Shown here: positions 55,331 to 64,000 of the stretch, piece after piece
How the letters are laid out: every line of letters begins with the position of its first letter
Numbering within the stretch: position 1 is the stretch's first letter
NCBI GenBank assembly: GCA_964016885.1
Contig: OZ024746.1
Span: 22,134,001 to 22,198,000, forward strand
Source: Eledone cirrhosa
Lineage: Eukaryota
Reading direction: 5' to 3'
DNA: 64,000 bases
Notes under the pieces: generated by a model
Told to the model about the DNA's origin: nothing
What the model saw: the letters and a program-made list of their open reading frames with translations, nothing else
The model's database searches: none
Made by a program: the position numbers and the translations under genes

Positions 55331-55879
55331 CATATATCAAAAAACTTTCATCATAATTTTATGTAAGAAGCTTTGTTTAGTTATTTTCCAAATACCATCT
55401 TAATAATGAAGTTAGCTATATTACTAAATCCCTCAAAATTGTTGATTATTTTTCAAAGATTGAATCCTTTTAATGTTCAGTGCTATTTTAAAAAAGGAAA
55501 CATATCTCCGAGTGTCAGATGAAATGCTATAAACATATTGTCATAGGTTTGATGTTCTGTAAATAGAAAAATTGTACATTACTATAAATATGTTTATAAT
55601 ATAAAAGGGCAGAGGATTGGCAGTATTCAACAACATGCATAGTTACGAGCCTTTACTTTCTGAGTTCAAATCCCACTGAGGTTAGCTTACAGGGTTGATA
55701 AAGTACCAGTAATGCACTAGGGTCGATTTAATTGACTTTTCCCTTCCCGTCAAATTGCTGGCCTTGTGCCTAAAGTAAAAACAATTATTATGAATATGTG
55801 GTAGGACAGTGGATTGACAGAATGCCAATCACTTTACATCATGTACTTGGAGCTTCATGTACTTCCACCTTTCAGAGTT

Positions 55880-56400
55880 GACTGGGTGTTTTTTTGTCAG
55901 CACTGCTATCTTACAGTATAGATTAGGTGGTTTTTGTCAGGGCTCCAGCACTACTATCTTACAGGATGATCTGGTGTTTTTTGCCATAGCTCCAGCACTG
56001 CTATCTTACAGAGTGGTCTGGGTGCTTTTTGTTGTGCCACCAGCACTGCTATCTTACAGGATGATCTGGTGTTTTTTGCCATAGCTCCAGCACTGCTATC
56101 TTACAGGATGATCTGGTGTTTTTTGCCATAGCTCCAGCACTGCTATCTTACAGAGTGGTCTGGGTGCTTTTTGTTGTGCCACCAGCACTGCTATCTTACA
56201 GGGTGGTCTGGGTGGGTTTTTTCTCATGGCACTAATACAGCCACTGTACAGGGTGGTCTGGGTGATTTTTATTGTGCCACCAATACTGCCACCTTTCAAA
56301 ATGGACTGGGTATATTTAAACAAGCAGTGCCACTATACAGGGTGCTCTGGGTGCTTTTTGTTGTGCCACCTTACAGAATAGACTGGATGAATTGGCACAA
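55880..56400. repeat. 45-47-bp minisatellite related to the RTE 3' UTR unit; opposite-orientation arrays at about 50420-50750 and 57530-57850
   Basis: Unit about CAGCACTGCTATCTTACAGAGTGGTCTGGGTGCTTTTTGTTGTGCCAC, similar to the 46-bp unit at 6897-7090. Confidence 0.8.
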
Positions 56401-58609
56401 GCAGTACCACCTTACTGTCAATTGAGATTGTCCATACATTAACAGAGGAAAACTCACTCTAGAGTATTTAAAACACACCCCTTGCAAGAGTTTTAAAAAA
56501 CCTATGGGAGTATTTCACTACTAATTACATGGATAACAGCAGTTAATTAGATATTTCCCTCACTTTTATTACACATGTAAGACCCTACAATAATAAAGTG
56601 GAGTGTTGAACTAATGACTGACAAAATATTTAATTTATAGGGTATTCCTTATCTACTTCTTTCATTATCACCACACCCTCCTCATCATCATCATTAGCAC
56701 ACCACCACCACTACCACCCCAATCATCCTATCATCCTCTCATCGTAATCATCACCATCATCATCATTATTAATAACAGTAGCATCACAACAATCATCACA
56801 GCCTCCATCACCACTTCCACAAGCTCCATCACCACTAGTCACCACCATCACCACTAGTCACCACCATCACCACTAGTCACCACCATCACCGTCACCACCA
56901 CAATCATCATCATCCGCAACGGCATTACCACCACCACCACCACCACCACAATTATCACACCCTCCTCTTGTCATCATCACCACCCCGACCACCACAATCA
57001 ACACACCCTCCACTCATCATCACCACCACCACCACCACACCCTCCTCTTATCACCACCACCACTACCACCACCACCACCATCTCACCATACCTTCCTCTC
57101 ATCGTCATCTGCCACAGCAGCAGTACAAATCTACGAGGCAGGTACCATGACCCAGTGTTTGATATTCTCTGAGTCTGAGAAGTATTTGTAATATTTTAAA
57201 CATTTTTTGGAGTGTTTTAAGTCTTTTAACCATCCTTTACCATGTAAGTACCACATGTAGCATTTGACATATGCAAACTTACTACACAAAATTAGATTTA
57301 GAGCTACACAAGCAGGGGTCAACTGTACGTTAAAATAATGAGTATCTAATTCAAAGGTCCAGTTTAGTCCCTTATCACGTATCTTGTTGATTTGGTCTGA
57401 GAATTATATTAAGAGTACACGTTTGTGGAATACCCAGTCACTCACATGTGGTAAAAGTCTTTGTCAATTGAACGGAGACAATATAAGATTTGAGAAGATT
57501 GAACAATCATGTAGCAACCTATGTAGTACTAGTGTCATGATAATATACACCCAGTCCACCCTGCAAAGTGGTAGCGTTCGTGCCATGATAATAAACACTC
57601 AGTCCACCCTTAAAATAGTAGTGCTGGTGGCTCAATAATATACACCCAGTTCACCCTGTAAAATGGTAGTGCTGATCCTGCTACAATAAAATGGGCTTAG
57701 TCCACCATGTAAAATGATAGTGCTGGTGCCATAAAATACACCTATTCTACTCTTTAAGGTAGTAGCACTGGTGCCGTGACAAAATGCATCTAAACAGTGG
57801 TAGTGCTGGTTTCCCCTCCCCTCCAAAATGCACCCAGTACATGCAGAAAGGTGATTGCTGTTATGAAGGGCATCCAGCTGTAGAAACCATGCCCTAAATA
57901 TGGAACAAGAGTAAAATGCAGTCACCTGACCCAATCTAGCCTCAGAACATGACAATCTAACCCATGCTAGTGTGGAAAGGGGATGTAAAAGGATGATGTT
58001 GCTGTATTTCGGAAGATCTAAGAAGTGAATACTCATCATTCAACCATTTGTTGAGAGACAAATACTAGAGGAAAGGCATCGACTATCTACAACTTACCAA
58101 ACCAGCTTTTATTCTTATTCTTCTTAGTTCAAATCATTGCCTCCCACATCCACTGCCCTGCTCCACTAGACATTCTCCTTTGAACTGTAAACATTATTTT
58201 TTTTTTTATTATGTCATGTCACCAAAGTTGCTCTATTAGTATCTGTTTCCTGTTCCACCCTAAGCAATGGTTAAAGGTCAACAGGCTTTTCTAAATCAAC
58301 CACTCTACACTACTTTGTGTATATATCAACATATAGGAACATAAACACACTTGCACACACCACTTCACACACAAACACCAACCACTATACACTGTTTGTG
58401 TTAAAATTCTTAAGAACAACATAAAAACATACACTTCCTCTCTTTAAGCCATACATTTTTTATTTCACTGTTTACATGTTGGTTAATTGCAGAAAACTTG
58501 CTTGCTAGATCTAACTACAGTCTTAAAATTAAAGTGGCTTTACTTACTATAACCTACTTTTATACTGAACGTTTTAAAACTTAAATGGTTCTAAATCTTG
58601 TAGTTTGCA

Positions 58610-58642
<33 letters not shown>

Positions 58643-59039
58643 CTCACCTGGATTTAGTATTTACATGTTTTCATTAAACAAGTAGTTAAACAAATGTCTT
58701 TAATTAGAGCTTTTCAATTGGTTTGCTAACCTTGCTAATTATTTACTGTAACTACAAATATCTCAGATAAAAATCAACTTTACTACAATAGTTTCAAACA
58801 TGATAAATGAGAAGAAATCAACCAATCTTTTCATTTAGAATTCATTCATAAAACACAGTTGAAAGTAATAGAAAAAAAAAGTGGGGCATTTTGGCAATCT
58901 CTATACCCTTAGTTTGCCAGTATATCATAGCTGCATCCCATGGACAAGGTGGCAAAAGTGTTGCCTTGAAAAACAGCCAGTGATATGTGCTGCATTGGCG
59001 GTTCCGAAGTCTTTGAAGTAACATTACTAGATAGTGCAC

Positions 59040-59360
59040 CTAGCTTGGAGGTCAGAGAATTACTCTAGGTAGAGCTACTACTTCTCTGAATAGAGAGGTC
59101 ACAGCTCTGATGCTATGGGCATGTAGTTAGATTGTTTCAAGAAAGAAACATGGACAGATTCTACGGGTAAAACCAACCAGCAGGAGGCTTGGAGATAGAC
59201 TCCGAGCAAGATGGGTGGATAATGTTCATGAGCTCAGCTGGTCACACTTGGATATCCAGCCAGACCTATTGGAGATGGTTGCTTCTGACATGACCACTGG
59301 AATGTGTGCTTGAAGATTCTTCTCCCATGACCCTTCCAGGCATAAGTGGGTGACGAAAGA
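59040..59360 (+). mobile_element. Degenerate 3' end of a Rex3/Expander-like RTE; further copies at about 10830-11125 and 32492-32682
   Basis: Translates roughly as VELLLL*IERSQL*CYGHVVR. All three copies end in a similar CCCT...GGAATAAGTGG tail. The family assignment is from recalled similarity. Confidence 0.7.
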
Positions 59361-59782
59361 GCATGTGTGACGAAAGAGCATGTGTGACATTGTTTTTAAT
59401 TAAACTGACTGCATCACATTAACCATTGAATATTACACATTTTCAGAACGATATGTCCCCTATTAAAGATACTATAAATATTGTAATAAATAAACTTGTC
59501 TTTAGGAGATTGAAGACAAGTATTAATGTTTGTATATTCATTACATACATAAAACTTGGTACAAAAGAAATATGACCTTTATCTCTTAATATAAACATTG
59601 TTAATGTAATGTTGGGTCATATTTTAAATAAACTGCATTTTTCTACTTTATCACTTTACCCTCTCTACTTCTCGTTCTCTCTATCTTTCTCCCTTTCTCT
59701 CTTTCTCTCTCCCTCTCTCCCTTTCTCTCTTTATCTATCTTTCTCTCTTTCTCTCTCTTTCTCCCTTTCTCTCTCTTTCTCC

Positions 59783-59816
<34 letters not shown>

Positions 59817-60485
59817 CCCTTACTCTATCTTTCTCTCTTTCTCTCTCTTTCTCCCTTTCTCTATCTTTCTCTCTTTCTCTCTCTTTCTCCCTTTCTCTTT
59901 CCTTTCTCTCATCCCTTCAGTTAAAAAACCATTAGTGCTTTCATTGTTGTTCTCCTCCTCTTCTTCTGCTACCTCATCATCATCATTTCCATTATTCTTA
60001 TTATCCCCCTCCCCTCACTTACATTACATATTTCCTTCTCTCTTTCAATTTTCCTTTTTATTTCACCCTTTCCTTATCTTCCTCTCTCATTTCTCATCCT
60101 TATCTCTCTTTTTCTCTCTCTCTCCCATCTCTCCCCTCTCCCCCTCTCTCCCATCTCTCCCATCTCTCCCATCTCTCCCATCTCTCCCATCTCTACCCCT
60201 CCTCTTTCCCATCCCTCCCCTCTCTCCCCCATCTCACCCCTACTCCCCACCTCTCCTGTTGATCATGTGATGTTCCCCTATCATTAAACAATAACAACAA
60301 AATGTTTTATTAAATGTAATGTTTGACTAAGGAGGAATATCTCTCATGTTTTCAGTAGAAAACTAATTATATAATTAAGTCGTCAACTGTGTGTTAATTA
60401 GTGTGATTTCATGTCAACCACAATACAATTGGCTGGTGTCGGTTAATACAATAGAGGAGCTGTAGATTGTCACAGTGTAGTAATA

Positions 60486-60684
60486 TGAGGGTCGACTGGA
60501 AAGTTCACAGGCATAGGCTGACTATGGAGGAGTGATGCTAGAGCTGTGGAATCTTGCATGCATTAATTTCAACTCTTATTATTAATAAGTGCATTGTTTC
60601 TTTCCAGTGACTATAATGAAAAATAAACCTCATTTGGTCATTCCATGTGAGTATCTTGGTCAGCCTATGAACTTTCAGCCGACC

Positions 60685-60688
<4 letters not shown>
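60486..60688. mobile_element. Mariner-type MITE; copies at about 3520-3711, 24466-24615 and 44106-44297
   Basis: TIR consensus about YGAGGGTYGGCTGAAAAGTTCATAGGCTGAC, TA flanks and a shared interior. Confidence 0.8.
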
Positions 60689-60744
<56 letters not shown>

Positions 60745-60748
<4 letters not shown>

Positions 60749-60854
60749 GGTGGGCTGAAAAGTTCATAGGCTGACTCTAATGGAGTGATGCTAGAGCTGT
60801 GGTAATTCCATGAGAGTATCTTGGTCAGCCTATGAACTTTTCAGCTGACCCTCA
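60745..60854. mobile_element. Shorter deletion derivative of the same mariner MITE
   Basis: TGAGGGTGGGCTGAAAAGTTCATAGGCTGAC ... GTCAGCCTATGAACTTTTCAGCTGACCCTCA. Confidence 0.85.
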
Positions 60855-61245
60855 TTCAACTGTCCGAGTGGAGACTGAGGAAGCGGGCGGAGAGTGGTGT
60901 GGGATGGGTTAGGGACATCTACTGCTATACTTCTAACTAAACCGTTGTGTGACTGTATACTGAAATATGCTCAGTTTCAATTAATTAGGGAAGAATTTCA
61001 AAAAAATTTCTAGGATTATTAATCATTTCCTTAGATAGTAATAATGGTTTGATTGGCAGTATCAGTAGAACATCACACATGCTTTGTGGCATATAGTTAC
61101 ACCTTTTATGTTCTGAGTTCAAATCCTGCTAAGGTTAGCTTTGCTTTTTATCTTTACTGGGTTGATAAAATAGAGTACCAATAACACACTGAGTTCAATT
61201 TAATTGACTTTCCCTTCCTCCCAAAAGATTGCTGGCCTTGTCAGA

Positions 61246-61410
61246 GGGGCGGTGGATTGACAGTATCGGTAGAGTTACGGCCCTTGCCATTCTGTGTTCA
61301 AATCCCACCAAGGTTAACTTTGCCTTTTATCCTTTTGGGGTCGATAAAATAAAGTACCAGTAATGCACTGGGATAATTTCTGGCCTTGTGCCAAAAGTAG
61401 AAACAATTAT
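61246..61410 (+). mobile_element. Nin-type SINE; another diverged copy lies at about 61050-61240
   Basis: Same head, core and tail as 20254-20457, with a deletion in the head. Confidence 0.85.
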
Positions 61411-61419
61411 TAAGATAAT

Positions 61420-61595
61420 TGTTTCTACTTTAGGCACAAGGCCAGCAATTACCCAGCATTACTGGTACTTTATTTTATCGACCCCGTAAGGATGAAAGGC
61501 AAAGTTAACCTCAGCGGGATTTGAACTCAGATCTTAAAGGGACGTAACTATGCTGGAAAGCATGGCGTCCGACCCTCTACCGATACTGCCAATCC
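61420..61595 (-). mobile_element. Young full-length Nin-type SINE inserted into the tail of the preceding SINE, with a 15-bp TSD
   Basis: AATTATTAAGATAAT at 61405-61419 and again at 61596-61610. About 95% identical by eye to 31907-32085. Confidence 0.9.
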
Positions 61596-62126
61596 AATTA
61601 TTAAGATAATGAATTGATATGTTTCTTAAATAACAATTTTGGAAATTATTTATTTAAATAGAAACCCTTTGATGTTTAAGATCCTGTAATGATTTAGTAG
61701 AAAATATCTAAAAATTGGTATTTTTATTGTGAATAGATTGTTGTGAAAATTTGTAGTATCAGACTAACGACTTTACAGTCAATTACAAGTGACTAATGGC
61801 GACTTCTTTTTCCGTCTTTAAGGATCTTATACATCTCCGCATATGAGCACATCATTCTTTATATTAAAAAGAAATGTTTTGTTTGCATGGTTGTTAATAT
61901 GCTACATAATAATTCAAGTTATCCTTCTCAGAGAGTTCATTGCTGTTTTGTACTTTACAACAGTGTCTTGTTGCTGGGTTTTCATATGGTACAGGACATT
62001 AAGAATTAAAATGGTTAGCTTTATTTCATAAAAGTAGAGCCAGGTTTTTGGCTGGGTTGGTATCAAAGAGGTTAAATATTTATATGAGTACATATGTATA
62101 CTGTGTGTTATATATGATTGTATGTA

Positions 62127-62332
62127 CCGTATATAGTTGAATATAAGCTGAGGAATATGTGCCCCAAAAATTGATGGTAGAAGTGGGGGTTGGCTTATAT
62201 TCAGGGTCAATATTTTGGCGATTTTAACCAACTTTGAATTCTACATAAAGTTTGGACTTTTTGCCCATTTATTAGACATAAAATATTGGTGTCAGCTTAT
62301 ATTCGTATTGGCTTATATTCGAGTACATACAG
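62127..62332. mobile_element. Tc2/pogo-like MITE about 190 bp upstream of the second exon
   Basis: Imperfect TIRs CCGTATATAGTTGAATATAAGC and GCTTATATTCGAGTACATACAG, TA flanks and subterminal GCTTATATTC repeats. Confidence 0.7.
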
Positions 62333-62525
62333 TATATTATTATTGTTCATCTACATATATTTTCATACACAGTCTTGTTATCAAAGCATTATAACAAATG
62401 CCTTCCCAGGGCCTACTTCATGGTGATGAAGCTGGTTCAGTCCATCTGGTATATTTATACACCAATAAACACAACCTTTTCTCTGTAAGTTTTGTAATTT
62501 ATTTGTTTTCTTCTTTGATTTCCAG

Positions 62526-62620
62526 GGTTATTTTGAATATTTAGACAAATGTGATGATATCCCGAAGGACAAAATTAAATCTTTATTTGGCAATATCATA
62601 GAAATCTACACCTTTAGCCA
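62526..62620 (+). CDS. PLEKHG1: Next DH-domain exon of the same RhoGEF (GYFEYLDKCDDIPKDKIKSLFGNIIEIYTFS)
   Basis: Pyrimidine tract and CAG acceptor ending at 62525. The phase-0 start matches the upstream donor. Encodes the LFGNIxxIY motif of DH domains and ends at a GTAAGT donor at 62621 (phase 2). Too short for the ORF track. Confidence 0.9.
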
Positions 62621-63664
62621 GTAAGTGCAATATTTTCTTTATTCATCATCATCACCACCATCATTATTATTTCATTTTTAAGTGCAGTCATGTAGGTGGA
62701 GTCCTAACTAAACAGCTGGACATCAACTTGTCTATATAATGTATTAATTCAAAAAAGTATATGTACACATGTATACACATACAAGTGCATACTCACAACT
62801 ATACATCATCATCATTTAATGTCTGTGTTTCCTGCTAGCAAGGGTTGGACATGTTGTCCCAGGCAATTCATTATTTTCGTTTTCAGATGCATGTTTATTC
62901 TAAATGTAAATACCTCATTAACCCTTTTATAACCATATTTCTAATGAAAGATACAGCTTATGATTTTGAAAATATTAGTCATTAATTAATATTAATTTCT
63001 AAATTAGACCCAAGGCCAGTAAATTTGCAGAAGAACACAGTTGATTAAATCAACCCCCAGTACTTAACTGGTACTTTATTTTATCAACCCGGAAGGATGA
63101 AAAGCAAAGTTAACCTTGATGTGATTTGAACTCAATGTAAAGAACCAGAACAAATACCTCAATGACATTTTATCCAATATTCTATCACTGCGTCCCCTTC
63201 TTGCTTTAACTCTTTCATTATCATATTTCTAATGAAAAACACTGCCTAGGGTTTTCAAATAACTTTGAAAATAATAAAAAATTTGGAAGGATCTGTAATA
63301 TAATTATCTTTATGATGTTTGAAACATAACATATCAAAGGTCCTTTACATAAAATTATAAGAGTGGTTTTCCTCAAAATTGTGTCGATGCCTTCCACCAC
63401 ACACGTGTGTATAAACACTAATAAAGCAAATGCCATTGGGGACTTAAATTCAAACCTCTTGGTGTTTACCAAGAGATATAGGGGTCAAATCTTATTTAGT
63501 GCTTGCTTTTTGTTTCTTATTTTATAATAACCCTTGTGAACTGTCACTTGAAACTAACACAATTTATTCTTTATAAATTGTCGTTTATTTGTAATCTAAA
63601 AGCTGTTGTTCACCTGTATATCGATTACAGTATCTCTTTCTCTCTCTCCCTCTCTCTCTCTCTT

Positions 63665-63699
<35 letters not shown>

Positions 63700-64000
63700 C
63701 ATCGCTTTCTCACATCGCTTTAATGCTAATAAAAGCCTGAGGCAATTTTCTTGTTTTTTTATTTCATATAATCTGCTTCATTATTATTAGTAATCTCTTT
63801 TGAAACAGTGATAAGATTAAACTTAGCTGTCTGATTATTATTTATTATTCACCTGCCCCTCTGTAAGTTCAGTCATTTACCAGTCTTACTATAATACTAT
63901 CTGCTACAGCAAGTCAGGTTATTTTTTCCTCTCAATCACCTGATGATCCATTTACTTTGTGAATATCTCTATTGTTCCATCTATTCATTATGGTGTATAG

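Overview
AT-rich, repeat-saturated animal genomic DNA with no prokaryotic features. The repeat families (RTE LINEs with a Cys-rich RT insertion, tRNA-derived SINEs with Nin-like and Meta-like domains, large TA/CA/CAT microsatellites) suggest a coleoid cephalopod, probably an octopod (inference). Only one host gene is visible: two + strand exons (47530-48491 and 62526-62620, joined by a 14 kb GT-AG intron) of a PLEKHG1/2/3-family Dbl-homology RhoGEF. Its upstream exon(s) are not identifiable, so most of the window is probably intron. The rest is transposon-derived or simple repeat: a 5'-truncated RTE LINE and several 3' fragments, a full-length but decayed DD37D (maT) Tc1/mariner element, several SINE families, mariner-, Tc2/pogo- and piggyBac-type MITEs, foldback elements and many satellites. 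Nearly all long ORFs in the ORF track are microsatellite artefacts. The least explained region is 39.7-41.3 kb. It holds an inverted-repeat-flanked CpG-rich core with octamer and forkhead motifs, a 58-bp hairpin whose arms read as half-hammerhead motifs, and a bipartite internally deleted RTE-type element. Many inverted repeats could form dsRNA in the pre-mRNA. I found no clearly new protein-coding system.
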